Of a stretch of DNA of 64,000 nt, positions 1 through 11,485 are shown piece after piece. The notes beneath the pieces are model-generated. The model was not told the DNA's origin. It worked only from the letters and a program-made list of their open reading frames with translations, and searched no databases. Location: contig CAVTEU010000007.1 in the NCBI GenBank assembly GCA_963733905.1, positions 277,840 through 341,839 on the forward strand, in the 5' to 3' direction. The stretch comes from an uncultured Actinomycetes bacterium. GTDB lineage: Bacteria; Actinomycetota; Acidimicrobiia; Spongiisociales; DATADW01. The position numbers and the translations under genes were made by a program. How positions within the stretch are numbered: the stretch's first letter is position 1; every line of letters begins with the position of its first letter.

Positions 1-27
1 GGTACTAATCAGCCGAGGGCTTGTACT
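1..27 (+). rRNA. rrl: 23S rRNA, 3'-terminal fragment (window begins inside an rrn operon)
   Basis: GGTACTAATCAGCCGAGGGCTTG resembles the conserved 3'-terminal helix of bacterial 23S rRNA (E. coli GGUACUAAUGAACCGUGAGGCUUAACCUU). A 5S gene follows ~55 nt downstream, as in a normal rrn operon. The 3' end is approximate. Confidence 0.6.
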
Positions 28-83
28 GAATCCAAAAACACGTGCTCGCTATGGAGTGCTCGGGGTGCCGGGCACGCTCGGTT

Positions 84-203
<120 letters not shown>

Positions 204-212
204 GTCTTTTCG

Positions 213-240
213 GTGGGGGTCGCCGATCGGCGGCCCCCAC
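213..240 (+). terminator. GC-rich stem-loop after 5S rRNA (candidate rrn terminator or processing hairpin)
   Basis: GTGGGGGTCGCC-GATC-GGCGGCCCCCAC forms a 12-bp stem with one G-U pair. There is no U-tract. Confidence 0.35.
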
Positions 241-265
241 GACGCGTTCGAGGAGAGAGCCCCAC

Positions 266-1009
266 ATGCCGGATCGCCGTCAGCCTCCCCGACGGGGTGA
301 ATATGGCGACGATCGGAGGGGCCAGCGCCGCGACACCCGCGGCGAGCCGCCCCGCAAGCCGGTCCAGCTTCAGAAGGGTGGCGCCGAGCTTCCACGCTGG
401 GTGCGCGAGGAACTGGTGCGGGTCACCCCCAAGGACCGTCGCGACGCCGCCCTCCAACTCCTCACCTCCGCTGCCGTTGCCTTCTCCGAGGGCCGGTTCC
501 GTGCCGCTATGTCGAAACTGCTCGAGACGAAGAGTCTCTCGCCGCGCACGGCCACGGTGCGCGAGTTGCTCGGGTTGAGTGCCTACCGCACCGGTCAGTG
601 GAAGGTCGCCCTCAGCGAGCTGCGCACCTTTCGCCGGCTCACCGGCGATACCACCCATATGCCGGTGGAGATGGACTCGCTCCGCGCGCTGGGTCGTGCC
701 GAGGACGTCACCAAGGCATGGGAGCTGTGGCGTGAGCTCGGAGGTTCCCGTCAGACCGAAGACGAGGCCCGAGTCGTCTACGCATCGTTCCTGCTCGACC
801 AGGGTGATGCCCGCAAGGCGTGGTCGGTGATCAAGCCGGGCAAGCTCATCGCCCAGCCCGGTGAGTCCGAGCTTCGGCGCTGGTACGTGGCCGCCAGGGT
901 GGCCGCGGCGCTCGATGACCGTGATGCCGGGCGCAAGTTCATGCGGGCCGTGGAGAAGGCCGATCCGGCGTTCCCGGGTCTGGACGAACTCGAGCAGCAG
1001 CTCGCCTGA
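266..1009 (+). CDS. hypothetical protein, helical/TPR-like with an Arg-rich N-terminus
   Basis: 247-aa uninterrupted ORF with coding-like GC3 bias. It has repeated helical A/L/R-rich segments (e.g. RTGQWKVALSELRTFRRLTGD). The start codon is uncertain. Confidence 0.5.
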   Translation: MPDRRQPPRRGEYGDDRRGQRRDTRGEPPRKPVQLQKGGAELPRWVREELVRVTPKDRRDAALQLLTSAAVAFSEGRFRAAMSKLLETKSLSPRTATVRELLGLSAYRTGQWKVALSELRTFRRLTGDTTHMPVEMDSLRALGRAEDVTKAWELWRELGGSRQTEDEARVVYASFLLDQGDARKAWSVIKPGKLIAQPGESELRRWYVAARVAAALDDRDAGRKFMRAVEKADPAFPGLDELEQQLA

Positions 1010-1065
1010 GCAATGGCCACGGCGACCACCGCATACGACTCGGTCCGCTACGCATCGGCCAACCG

Positions 1066-1617
1066 TTGGGACCCACGGCATCTCGCCACCCTTCGGCGGT
1101 CTGCTGGCTCCCACGTCCGGGGATGCGGCTCCTCGAGGTGGGGTGCGGTCGGGGGCATCTCCTCCGCCGGGTCCAGGACCAGGGGATCGACGCCATCGGG
1201 ATCGACGTCAACCCGGAGGCAGCGGCAATCGCGGTAACCCGCAACGTCCGCTCGATGAGTGCCACAGATCTCGAGTTTCCCGACGCATCGTTCGACCAGG
1301 TGTACTCGATGCACGCCATCGAGCACATCCCCGATGCCGAGGCGGCCATCGCCGAGATGAGCCGGGTCGTCCGACCTGGCGGGAGCGTGATGCTCGTCTA
1401 CCCGGCCGAGCCGGTGCGTGGCCTCTACGCCGTTCCCAGCGCCGTGATCCTCCACGGCAACCCTCTCCGGGCCCGCGAGGTTCACTGCCACCGGTTCACC
1501 CCCCGCCGGCTGACCAAGCTGGCGCAGGCCGCCGGGTTGGCCGAGGTGATCAGCGAGTTCCATCTCCTCTCCAGCCCCGAATTCGCCACGCTGCTGGTGC
1601 GACCGGGGCGAAGGTAG
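1066..1617 (+). CDS. class I SAM-dependent methyltransferase (Methyltransf_11-like)
   Basis: Motif I is LEVGCGRG, followed by IGIDVNPEA, D..YSMHAIEH and VRPGG. An N-terminal AYDSVRY...DPRHLATL segment lies in the ORF starting at 1013 in another frame. The gene may therefore start at 1013 and carry one frameshift near 1105-1120. Confidence 0.7.
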   Translation: MGPTASRHPSAVCWLPRPGMRLLEVGCGRGHLLRRVQDQGIDAIGIDVNPEAAAIAVTRNVRSMSATDLEFPDASFDQVYSMHAIEHIPDAEAAIAEMSRVVRPGGSVMLVYPAEPVRGLYAVPSAVILHGNPLRAREVHCHRFTPRRLTKLAQAAGLAEVISEFHLLSSPEFATLLVRPGRR

Positions 1618-1626
1618 CCTCACCGC

Positions 1627-2590
1627 GTGCCACGGGCCGTCCAACTGACCGAGATCGGACCTGAGCCTTCGCTTGCCCTCATCGAGGTTCCGGACCCCCA
1701 GTCCCGAGCCTGGGAGGACGCTGGTCACCTTCGCCGCCGCTGAGGTGGCCCCGATCGACGTCCAGATCGCCACGGGCAAGATCCCGGGGATTCCCCCGCC
1801 GCCACTGTTGCCCGGCGGAACCGCTGCGGGCACCGTGCTCGAGTCGGGGGTCCACCCAGCGGGAACGCCTGGTGTATGTGTCGGGTGGGCCGCACGGGAT
1901 GGGGACGCGGACGCCGGGGACCTTCGCCGAGGTGGTCAACGCGTCCCGATGATGCGGTGTTCCCGCTTCCCGACGGGCTCGACCCCGAGATCGCCGCTGC
2001 GGGTGTCTCCTCCGCAACGGCTGCCCGCTACGCGCTGGTCGACCATGCCGACGTGCAAGAGGGCGAGATCGTCCTGGTGCTGGGTGCAACCGGCGCCGTC
2101 GGATCCGCCGCCATCCAGCTGGCGGTCGCGCTGGGTGCGCAGGTGCTCGCAGCCGCCCGCCGGCCGGAACGTGGTCCAGACCGGGCCGGGTGTCCAAGCC
2201 ATCTCGTTCGATGGGTTCGCCAATGCGGTGTCGGAGGCGACCGAAGGTGTCGGGGTCGCCGCCATCATCGACACGGTTGGGGGCCCCTACATGGATGAGT
2301 CGATCCGCTCGGGTGGGCCGCGCTGCCGCCATGTGGTCCTCGGCTACACGGCTGGGACCGACGCCGACTTCAACCTTCCGCTGATGTCGGTCAAGGAGCA
2401 CCGTCTTCTCGGGATGAACACCAACCGCCCACGCCGGAGCGGCGTGCCCAATTGATGGCCGAGGTGCTCGACGACCTGGCGGACGGGGCGGGTCCAGCCC
2501 CGGATCGGCGAGCGGTTCCCGCTGTCCGCCGCCGCCGACGCCTACAGGGCCGACGGCAGCGCCGGTCGGATCCTGCTCGTGGCGGGTTAG
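1627..2590 (+). pseudogene. NADPH:quinone oxidoreductase / zinc-type alcohol dehydrogenase (MDR family), split by >=5 frameshifts as assembled
   Basis: The following pieces lie in alternating frames: RAVQLTEIGPEP..LIEVPDP, LVTFAAAEVAPIDVQIATGKIPG, FPLPDGLDPEIAAAGVSSATAARYALVD..GEIVLVLGATGAVGSAAIQLA, AAIIDTVGGPYMDESIR..VVLGYTAG, and the C-terminus RVQPRIGERFPLSAAADAYRA...ILLVAG ending at TAG 2588-2590. Confidence 0.8.
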
Positions 2591-2648
2591 CCACCTATCC
2601 CGCGCCCGAGGGCCGGCGCATCCGCACCGGCCCAACGAGCAGTACTTG

Positions 2649-3224
2649 TCACCACTTATGGGCGACGTCGATCACCAGCCTCGCCCCGTCACCAGGGCCG
2701 TCGAAGACGAACGCCCGGAAGGGGAGCCGGCCCCGCACCCCAAGCACCACTTGGGTCTGGCCCTCGAAGGTCCCCATGAAGGCAACCTGACGGAAAGTCC
2801 GGAAGCCGTCGACGTCGATGGCATGGAGGCGATCATCCGGGTCATAGGTGGGTCGTAGATCGTCGTCGTGTGCCGGGGCGTTGACCTGTATCGACAGGAT
2901 CGCACCACCGGCGATGGGGATGGTCCCCCCGGTCTCGATGTCGGGCACCGCCGACACATACGCCACCCGGTAGCCGATGGCTTTGTCGGCCGGCCGTCCC
3001 TGCGGGTCGGCACCCAGGTCGACCACGATCCGGTCGAAGCACTCATGCCTGCCGGCTCTGAGGTTCTCCACCGGGGCGGTGGTGTAGGTGTTGACCCTGT
3101 GCTTCTCGGGCAGCGAGCCCCACACGAGCCCGCAGTAGGGCTGGGTGCTTGCCTGGGCCGGGACCGTTGCCAACGTCAGCGCAACAACCAACCCCAGGAG
3201 CGTCGTTCTTGCGAGTCGTCGCAT
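2649..3224 (-). CDS. secreted hypothetical protein (signal peptide; AMIN-like/unknown fold)
   Basis: MRRLARTTLLGLVVALTLATVPAQA is a signal peptide. It is followed by CGLVWGSL and RAGRHECFDRIVVDL, as in conserved actinobacterial secreted proteins. The start was taken at the second Met of the 203-aa ORF. Confidence 0.6.
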   Translation of the reverse strand: MRRLARTTLLGLVVALTLATVPAQASTQPYCGLVWGSLPEKHRVNTYTTAPVENLRAGRHECFDRIVVDLGADPQGRPADKAIGYRVAYVSAVPDIETGGTIPIAGGAILSIQVNAPAHDDDLRPTYDPDDRLHAIDVDGFRTFRQVAFMGTFEGQTQVVLGVRGRLPFRAFVFDGPGDGARLVIDVAHKW

Positions 3225-3363
3225 CGCTTTCTCCTTTCGTGGCGACTCACCGTCAACCATGGGGCACCCGGGTAACCGTGGCGTTGCGCCGACGTAACGG
3301 AAGGGTCACAGTCGTTTTGGCGTCACTCAGCGCGGCGATTGCCCGTCAAGTGACGCCAAAACG

Positions 3364-4673
3364 ATGAGGTTGAATGTGGAGATGCAATCGGACCGCCTCG
3401 ACCAGATGATCGCCGACGAGGAGCAGCGGTTCCTCGAGCGGGCGCCGCTGGCGGTTGCCGCCCATCGGGAGGCATCGGCCCACCTGGCGGGCGGGGTGGC
3501 GTCGAGCCTGCAGGTCACCGAGCCCAGCCCGGTTTGGGCCAGCCACGGGAAGGGGTCGCGGCTGACCGACCTGGACGGCAACGAGTACGTCGACCTCAAC
3601 AATGGGTACGGGGCGCTGGTGGTGGGGCACGCCCACCCAGAAGTGGTCGCCGCCGTTGAGGCACGGCTCAGATCGCGGGTCACACTTCGCTCAGCCCACC
3701 ACCGAGGTGGCGGAGGTCGCCGCCGAGCTATCGGACCGTTTCGGGCTGCCGCTTGTGGCGGTTTGGCAGTTCGGGGACCGAGGCGACCATGGACGCCGTC
3801 CACCTCATGAGGGCGCACACCGGTCGGGACCTCATCGTCAAGGCAGAGGGTGCCTACCACGGCCATCACGACACGGTGAGGGCCGGGCAGGGTGTGCCTG
3901 ATGCGATGCGCGCCCTCACGCTCGAGATGCGGTGGAACCATCCCGACGACGTGGACCGGGTGTTCGCCGAGCACGGTGACCGGATCGCCGGGGTGCTGAT
4001 CGAGCCGGTCGTCACCGCTTGCGGTCTCGTCCCCCCCGAGCCTGGCTACCTCGAGCACATCCGGGACCTGACCAGGAGCCATGGGGCGCTGCTCGCCTTC
4101 GACGAGGTGAAGACCGGGCTCACCGTCGGGCCGGGCGGGGCCACCGGGCTGTACGGCGTCGAGCCCGACCTGGTGTGCCTGGCGAAGTCGCTCGGCGGTG
4201 GGTTGCCGGCGGGAGCCACCGGGGGGACCGAGGAGGTCATGGATCAGATCGTCTCCGGCAGCTACCTGCAACTGGGGACGTTCAACGGCAACCCGCTCTC
4301 CATGGCGGCGAGCCGGGCGGTGCTGCAGGTGCTGGACGACGACGCCTACCAGCATCTCAACCGACTGGGGAAGAGGATCGACGACGGGCTCCGCCAGGCG
4401 GTCGAGAACTGGGACCTGCCGGCGCAGGTTGTCGTCCTCGGGGCGAGGGGATCGATCACCTTCCGAAGCGAACCCGTCCTCGAGTACCGCGACTTCCTCG
4501 AGGTGGACCAGAGGTACCACCGCGCCGCCTGGCTCCACATGTACAACCGGGGGGTGTTCCTCCTCCCTTGGGGCCGCGGGCTGCAATGGCTGCTATCGGT
4601 GCAGCACGACGATGCCGACGCCGATCAGTTCATCGATGCGTTTGCGGGGTTCGCCGCCGCGCTGCGCGGCTGA
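3364..4673 (+). pseudogene. class III PLP aminotransferase (glutamate-1-semialdehyde 2,1-aminomutase-like), 2 frameshifts as assembled
   Basis: GSRLTDLDGNEYVDLNNGYGALVVGHAHPEVV is in frame 1. HFAQPTTEVAEVAAELSDRFGL is in frame 2. SSGTEATMDAVHLMRAHTGRDLIVKAEGAYHGHHD...FDEVKTG...CLAKSLGGGLP is in frame 3. Confidence 0.85.
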
Positions 4674-4676
4674 GCC

Positions 4677-5744
4677 TCACCAGGGGCGCCGTGCCACCAA
4701 TTCTTCGACAGCGTCGAGGGGGAGGGCGTGAGCGGTGTGCCCCAGGTGCCCCGTCATGGTCTCGGCCGCGGTCAGCGCGTTGAGGATGGCCTCCTCGGTG
4801 GCGTCGGCCGCTGCGGCGAACATGACGTCCAACTGACCGTGGGGGAGCATCACCAGGTCGTGCCGGACATTCTCGCCTGCCGGTAGCGAGTTGCCGGTGG
4901 CAAAGGCGAGGAAGAGGTCGCCGCTCCCGTTGTGCCCGTAACCCCCGACCCGGGAGAGACCCACCGTGGCCCGCCTGGCCAGCCGGCGACACTGCACGGG
5001 CAGCAAAGGGGCGTCGGTGGCGAGTACCACGATGATCGAGCCCTGGTCCGGGTAGGCGAGCGGGGTGTGCTCCTCTCCGATCGACCCGACCGAGCGGGAG
5101 ACCGTCGATCCGCAGCGTCTCCCGGTCGCCGTAGTTGGCCTGGACGAGGACCCCGACGGTGAAGGTCCCGGCCGGGGTAGTCCACCACCCGGGATGAGGT
5201 GCCGATCCCGCCCTTGAAGTCGTGGCAGATCATCCCGGTCCCGCCACCGACATTGCCCTCCGCCACCGGCCCCGGGGACGCCGAGTCAAGCGCCGCCCTG
5301 GCGTCCTCCGCCGTGAGCGGGAACGGAACCGGCGTCGCTCAGCCAGCCGTCCCAGGTCTCGGCGACCACCGGCAGGTCGAAGGGATCGGCGTACCCGGCT
5401 TCCACCCCGAAGGCGACGAGCGCATCTCGCACCAGCCCGACCTGATGGGTGTTGGTGATCCCGATGGCCGACCCGAGCATCCCCGACTCCTCGAGCCAGG
5501 GCAGCCCGGTCATCTCTCCGTTGCCGTTGAAGATGTGGTGCCCGGCGAAGGCGTAGTCCTCCCAGATCCGGTTCTCCCGCGGCACCACCATGGTCACCCC
5601 GGTGCGTGCCACCGTGGGCTCGTCACGGATCACCGTGGCGTGTCCCACCCATACTCCGGGGACGTCGGTGATGGCGTTGTTGGCGCCGGTGGGGAGGTCG
5701 CCGATCTCGACGCCCAGCTGGCGGATCCTCGGGCGGCTGCTCAT
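4677..5744 (-). pseudogene. DmpA/S58-family L-aminopeptidase / D-esterase, >=2 frameshifts as assembled
   Basis: The N-terminus is MSSRPRIRQLGVEIGDLPTGANNAITDVPGVWVGHATV. The middle piece is AEGNVGGGTGMICHDFKGGIGTSSRVV. The C-terminus is MVLATDAPLLPVQCRRLARRATVGLSRVGGYGHNGSGDLFLAFATGN. The three pieces are in different frames. The start ATG overlaps the upstream stop as ATGA. Confidence 0.8.
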
Positions 5745-6739
5745 CGGCTGTTGAGCAGACAGGCGGCGAGGTGGTCGGTGCCCACCATCTCGAGCGGAGG
5801 ATCGACGATGGGGCACTGGTCGAAAGCGCGGGGCATCGGGGGTGGAACCGGCACCCGGGAGCGATCCGTGACGGGTCGGGGGTCTCGCCGACGAGCACGA
5901 TGGGCCGGGTCCGCCGGGCGGGGTCCGGGACCGGGACCACCGACAGGAGCGCCTCGGTGTACGGGTGGCGGGGTGCTGTCAGCACCTCCGTAGTGGGCCC
6001 GATCTCCACCACCCGGCCCAGGTACATCACCGCTACCCGGTGGCTGTAGGCGGCCACCGTCGAGAGGTCGTGGGTGATCATGAGCACGGCGATGCCCTGC
6101 TCGGATGCGAGCCGGGCGAGCAGGTTGAGGATCTCGGCCCGGATGGAGACGTCGAGCATCGACACCGGCTCGTCTGCGATGAGGACCTGCGGTTCGAGGG
6201 CGAGGGCGGCGGCGATGACCACCCGCTGTCTCTGCCCACCCGACAACTGGTGGGGATGGCGATCCCAGTAGACATCCGGTGGGTTCAGGCCCGCCTGGAC
6301 CAGCGCCCTCTCCACCCGGTGGCGCTCGTCGGCACGGTCGGTGGCCACCTTGTGGACCCTCAGGGGCTCGGCGACGATGTCGGCCACCCTCATGCGCGGG
6401 TTGAGCGACTCGTAGGGGTCCTGGAAGATCATCTGCAGCCGGCGACGCTTGGCCCGCATGGCGTCCTTGTCGAGCACGGCGAGGTCGTCACCGGCAACCA
6501 CGACACGTCCGCTCGTCGGCTTGATCAGCCCGAGTATCAGGTTCGCCGTCGTGGTCTTTCCGCACCCGGACTCACCCACCACGGCGAGGACCTCGCCGGG
6601 AGCGACGCTGAAGCTCACCCCGTCCACGGCGCGCACCACACGCAGCCGGGCGGCGCCGCATGCCGTCGAACATGCCGCGGCTGGTGGCGAACTGGACGGC
6701 GATGTCCTCCACCTCGAGGACGGGCGTGCGCTCAGACAT
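5741..6739 (-). pseudogene. oligopeptide/dipeptide ABC transporter ATP-binding protein (DppF/OppF-like), 2 frameshifts as assembled
   Basis: Contains Walker [10 protein letters not shown], the signature LSGGQRQR, Walker B LIADEP, and the oligopeptide C-terminal motif PRHPYTEALL...GCRFHPRCP. The N-terminus ([17 protein letters not shown]) and the extreme C-terminus (FDQCPIVDPPLEMVGTDHLAACLLNSR) are in other frames. Confidence 0.85.
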
Positions 6740-8615
6740 CGTCGCCATCTCCCACCGGCTGCAAGGGGGCCTCCAACAGGAAGCACGAGGCGGCACTGGA
6801 TTCGCCCGCCCAGTAGAGGGGGGGCTGCTCGGTCCGGCACCGGTCGAACACGAAAGGGCAACGCGGAGCGAACCGGCATCCGGGAGGTAGCTCGTTGAGC
6901 CGAGGCGGAGAACCTGGGATCGCCACCAGCGGTCGGTCGGGATGATCCATGTCGGGAAATGCCTCGAGGAGCAGTTGGGTATAGGGGTGGCGGGGTGAGG
7001 CGAACACCTCGGCGACCAGCCCCTGCTCGGCAACCACCCCTCCGTACATCACCACGACACGGTCACATGTCTGCGCAACCACACCGAGGTCGTGGGTGAC
7101 GACGATCATGCTCATATCCATCTCGTCGACCAGTTCGGCGAGCAGTTCGAGGATCTGTGCCTGGATCATCACGTCGAGAGCCGTGGTCGGCTCGTCGGCG
7201 ATGATGAGAGAGGGTTCGCACGCCAGGGCCAAGGCGATCATCGCCCGCTGTCTCATCCCGCCCGACAGGGTGTGTGGATAGTCGTTGATCCGTTCGGGCC
7301 CGATGCCGACCCGCTGGAGAAGCCGCTTCGCCCGGTCGTCGGCAGCCCCCTGGCTCACCGATGGCTCGTGGAGCCGGATCGCCTCGGTGATCTGGTCTCC
7401 AACCCGACGCACCGGGTTGAGGGCATTCATCGCCCCCTGGAACACGACCGCCAGCCGCTTCCACCTCAGGTCCCGCAAGGCGTCGGCGTCGAGCCGGGTG
7501 AGGTCCTGGCCCTCGAACAGGACCTCACCGGCGGTGACCTGCCCCGACGGGGGGAGCAGCCTGAGGGCACCCATCACCGCCGTCGTCTTGCCACAACCCG
7601 ACTCGCCCACCAGGCCGAGCACCTCGCCGCGGCGGAGTTCGAACCCGACGTCCTCGACAGCGGTGAGAACACCACCCGGCGACTCGTAACCGACGGAGAG
7701 ACCCCGCACCTCCAGCATCAACTCTGGCTTGGGAGGGCGGAGGGCGGCCGGTCGAACCTTGAGCGGCCGCTCCTTCTCCAGGTGATGACGGATCAGCTTC
7801 GGGTTGAGCAACTCCTCCAGAGCGGTCCCGAGCAGCGTGGTGCCGAGTACCACCCAGACGATGGCGAGACCCGGCGGGAGCAGTGCCCACCACGCGCCCG
7901 CCGAGACCGCGCCGCGGGTAAAGGCGAAATTGAGCATCTTGCCCCACGAGATGAGGAGGGGGTCCCCGAGACCGATGAAGGCGAGCGTCGACTCGGAGAG
8001 GATCGCGAGCGAGATGACGAGGACCGTGTTGGCCAGCATCAGTGGGAGCACGAGCGGGAAGACGTGGCGGCTGAGGATGTGGAGATCGGAGGCGCCCACC
8101 GCCCTGGCCCGCTTGACGAAGCCCCGCTCCCGCACCGAGAGCGTCTGCGACCGGACCAGGCGGGCCGTCGTCGTCCACCCGAGCAATCCGATCACCAGGA
8201 TGATGTTCCCCAGGCTCGCGCCGATCACTGCGACGATCACGATCAGCAGCGCCAGGTCCGGTATCACCAGGAAGAAGTCGGTGAACCGCATGATGGCGCC
8301 GCCGAGCTTGCGGTAATACCCGGCGATCAGACCCAGCGCCCCGCCCACAACCAAGGCGATGAAGGCGGCGGCGAACCCGACGATGAGCGAAACCCTCGAC
8401 CCGTAGACCAGGGCGGAGAAGACGTCCTTGCCGCCGTCGTCGGTCCCCAGCCAGTGGAGGGCGGAGGGGGCCTGGTAGATGTCGTCGATGGTGACCCGCA
8501 CGATTTCGTACGGGTCGTATGGGGCTATCAGCGGGGCGAATATCGCCACGATGACGGTGAGCAGGATCATGGCCACGCCCACGATCCCCATCGGGCTGAG
8601 TCGGACCCGGCGCAT
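6732..8615 (-). CDS. fused dipeptide/oligopeptide ABC transporter permease / ATP-binding protein (DppC-DppD type)
   Basis: One uninterrupted frame. The N-terminal half is a BPD-type permease ([23 protein letters not shown]-like [17 protein letters not shown]). The C-terminal half is an ATPase ([46 protein letters not shown]). The start was taken at [10 protein letters not shown]. Confidence 0.85.
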   Translation of the reverse strand: MRRVRLSPMGIVGVAMILLTVIVAIFAPLIAPYDPYEIVRVTIDDIYQAPSALHWLGTDDGGKDVFSALVYGSRVSLIVGFAAAFIALVVGGALGLIAGYYRKLGGAIMRFTDFFLVIPDLALLIVIVAVIGASLGNIILVIGLLGWTTTARLVRSQTLSVRERGFVKRARAVGASDLHILSRHVFPLVLPLMLANTVLVISLAILSESTLAFIGLGDPLLISWGKMLNFAFTRGAVSAGAWWALLPPGLAIVWVVLGTTLLGTALEELLNPKLIRHHLEKERPLKVRPAALRPPKPELMLEVRGLSVGYESPGGVLTAVEDVGFELRRGEVLGLVGESGCGKTTAVMGALRLLPPSGQVTAGEVLFEGQDLTRLDADALRDLRWKRLAVVFQGAMNALNPVRRVGDQITEAIRLHEPSVSQGAADDRAKRLLQRVGIGPERINDYPHTLSGGMRQRAMIALALACEPSLIIADEPTTALDVMIQAQILELLAELVDEMDMSMIVVTHDLGVVAQTCDRVVVMYGGVVAEQGLVAEVFASPRHPYTQLLLEAFPDMDHPDRPLVAIPGSPPRLNELPPGCRFAPRCPFVFDRCRTEQPPLYWAGESSAASCFLLEAPLQPVGDGDDV

Positions 8616-8617
8616 CG

Positions 8618-9621
8618 CTATGCCTCCTCGATGCGCGGGTCGAGCCACCCGTAGATCAGCTCGGCGAAGAGGTTGGCCACCACGACGCTTATCGCCAGCA
8701 ACAGGAATGCGCCCTGGAGAACCGGGTAGTCGCGCTGATCAACCGCCTGCACGGTGAGCAGGCCCAGGCCGGGCCATGAGAACACGGTCTCCACTTGGAT
8801 CGCACCGGACACGGCGAACCCGATGTTGAGGGCGATGATGGTGACCATGGGGAGCATGGCGTTCCTCAGGGCGTGGTCCTTGATGATCTGGAAGGTGGAC
8901 AGCCCTTTCGCCTTGGCGGTGAGGATGTAGTCCTCGGAGAGGACATCGACCACCGAACTGCGCATGATCAGCATGTACTCGCCCACCAGCACCAGGGTCA
9001 GGGTCAGCGTCGGCAGAAACAGGTGGCTTGACCACATCCCCGATCTGATTCCAGAGGTCGGTGAAGGATGCCCCGATGGTGACCCGCCCAGCCACGGGGA
9101 GACCGAGCCAGCGCGATCCCACATACAGCAGGACGATCCCCAGAAAGAACGTGGGGAGAGACCACATGAACAGCGAGAACCCGAGCGCTCCGACATCGAG
9201 CTTGGTGCCGCGCCGCCATGCCGCAAGCAACCCCAGGAGGATCCCGAGGAATATCGCAATGAGCTCGGCGGGGAGCACCAGCCAGATCGTGTTGACCAGC
9301 GCCTGCCCCAGGAGATCGGATACCGACTGGTCCTGGAAGGCGTAGGAGACCCCCAGGTCGCCGCTCGCCAGCGCACCGAAGTAGGCGAAGAACTGGGTGT
9401 CGAACGGGTTCCCCCCGTCGAGATCGAGGAATTGCGGCTTGTCCAGCCCGAAGCGCTCCCGCAGCGCCTCGACCGACTCCTCGGTGAGCCTGGGGTCGCG
9501 CGCCCGGAGCGGGCCGGGTCGCCGGGGAGCACCCGGAAGAGGAAGAAGTTGAAGACGATGACCACGAGCACCGTGACGATCGCCCATCCAACTTTTGGAG
9601 GATGTAGCGACCGCGGCCCAT
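8618..9621 (-). pseudogene. dipeptide/oligopeptide ABC transporter permease (DppB-like), >=3 frameshifts as assembled
   Basis: MGRGRYILQK, VVIVFNFFLFRVLPGDPAR, LGQALVNTIWLVLPAELIAIFLGILLGLLAA and LTAKAKGLSTFQIIKDHALRNAMLPMVTII...YGWLDPRIEEA lie in three alternating frames. Confidence 0.8.
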
Positions 9622-9622
9622 C

Positions 9623-9650
9623 AGACGGCAGACGGCGGACGGCAGACGGC
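9623..9650 (-). repeat. tandem heptamer repeat (GCCGTCY)x4 immediately 5' of the dppB-like start codon
   Basis: The minus strand reads GCCGTCT GCCGTCC GCCGTCT GCCGTCT G ATG. A near-identical 4-unit array is at 46551-46578. Confidence 0.8.
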
Positions 9651-9712
9651 AGCCAGAGCAGGATCGACCGACCCGGCGTTACCCACTACCCGTCACCCAT
9701 CACGCTCATCGA

Positions 9713-11454
9713 TCACCCCGCCGGCCGGATGACCGTGAGGGAGGTCGGATCCTCGAGGGCGAGGCGGGTCGCCGAGTCCTGCCAGCCGGTGAAGGTGTCG
9801 TTTCGGTACGCCTGCACCGTCTGGTCGTAGTACGGGATGATGTAGGGGAGGTCCCGCATCAGGATCTCCTGCATCTCCCAGATGATCTGCCGGCGCGCCT
9901 CGGGGTCGGTCTCGATCCCCTGGTCGGCGTAGAGCTGGTCGTACTCCTCGTTGCAGTAGCCCGTTTCCGACAACCCGGTATCCAGCTCGTCGCACAACAC
10001 GATGCCCAACAGGAAGGCCGGGTCGGGATCCCCTCCCCAGCTCCAACGGATGATGTCGAAGTCGAATGCGGGACAGCACACCGAGGTCAGAGTGTCGCCG
10101 TCGAGTCCCTGGATCTGGAGGGCCACGCCGATCTCCGCCCACCATCCCGAAAGGAGCTCCGCTTCGCGGGGGGCGGTGTCGGCGTCGGTGTTGAAATTGA
10201 ATCTGAAGGTGAGGTCGTCGCAGTCCTGATCGGGGAGGCACTCGCGTACGCCGTCTCCGTCCTCGTCGGCGTACCCCGCTTCGTCGAGGATCCGGTTTGC
10301 CTCGGCGATGTCGAATGCGTAGTCCTGCAATTCAGAGTTGAAGTACGGCCCGTAACCGGGAGCGAGGAGGGAGAGGCCGGGCGTCCCGAGTCCGAGCTGG
10401 ACCACGTCGATCATCTGCTGCTTGTCGACGGCATGGGCCAAGGCGGTGCGCACCGCGAGGTCACGCAGCGCCGGGTGGCCGCTGCAGACGCCGTCCTCGG
10501 GGCATCGCTCCGGTTCGACCAGGTTGAAGAAGATGTCGACCAGGCTGGGCGACAGGGGCTCTCCACTCACGACCGTGATGTTGGGGTCGTTGCGCAGCGT
10601 GGCCACCGCCGTCTTCGGGAACTCGGTGATCATGTCCGCTTGACCGGTGGTCAGCGCCGAGACCCGCGCGTCGGCGTTCTGGATCGTCTGGAAGATCACC
10701 TCATCGACATTGGGCGGTGCCCCAAAGTAGTCATCGTTGGCCTCCAGCCGGACGAACTCGCCCTGCCGGTACTCCGCCAGCTTGAACGGCCCCGATCCGA
10801 TCATCTCGGCGTTGTCGAAGGCGACCGGATCCTCGACCTCCTCCCAGATCGCCTTGGGCACGACGTACATGAACACCATGCGCGACTCGAAGTTGCCCAC
10901 CGGGTTGGTCAAGGTGATGGTGACCGTCTGCTCGTCGGGAGCCTGGATATCTTCAAATACGTCTCCGTAGGCGGAGAGATAAGCCCAGTCCTCGTGGTCC
11001 CGCCACAACTCGAGCGAGTACTTGACGTCCTCGGCGGTGAGCGGCGTTCCGTCGTGGAAGGTGGCTCCTTCCACCAGGTCGAGCGTCCAGGTGAGCCCGT
11101 CATCAGACACCGACCACTCCTCGGCCAGTTCGGGAACGTAGTTGCCGTCGAGGTCGATGGTTATCGGCGTGTCGTACACCAACTCGTACATGATGTAGCG
11201 CCTCGGCGAGCAGGCCGAGGCCCGGGTTGAGGCTGTCGGGGGAGCCGCCATAGCCGATGCGGACCGTGCCCCCGGTTGCGCCGCTTGCGGATGCGGTGGT
11301 GTCGCTCGGTTCTCCGGTGGTCCCGCCGGTCAGCGGTCGTCTCTGTGGCAGGCGCGGTCCCTCCGCTCGTGGTCGTCGCCGTCGTATCCCCCCCGGTACC
11401 GCATGCAGCCAGCAGGGCGAGCAGCGCCCCCATCGTGGTGAGCCGCCTTGTCAT
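9713..11454 (-). pseudogene. ABC transporter substrate-binding lipoprotein, family 5 (peptide/nickel), >=2 frameshifts near the N-terminus
   Basis: The signal/lipobox is MTRRLTTMGALLALLAACG. The 512-aa body (YELVYDTPITIDLDGNYVPELAEEWSVSDDGLTWTLDL...) is typical SBP_bac_5. The linker GGTVRIGYGGSPDSLNPG is in a third frame. Confidence 0.85.
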
Positions 11455-11485
11455 CGATCGTCCCTTCTCCCGCCTACGGCGGGCG

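Noticed and set aside
3327-4586. 419-aa minus-strand ORF antisense to the aminotransferase. Similar long antisense ORFs are at 7092-8654 (+), 11859-13379 (+), 20739-22601 (-), 25185-27452 (+), 30627-32288 (-), 39757-41928 (+), 41066-42394 (-) and 54417-55469 (+).
   Set aside because: Each lies opposite a gene with clear family motifs. Each has low-complexity R/G/P/H-rich sequence and no recognisable domain. These are shadow ORFs expected at this GC content.
7700-7800. The DppC-DppD fusion might be an artefact of an indel. An alternative frame contains TGATG, a stop next to the ATG of MLEVRGL.
   Set aside because: This is not rejected outright. The single frame is clean for 1.9 kb, and permease/ATPase fusions of this transporter family are a known architecture. 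It is kept as a fused CDS and flagged for read-level checking.
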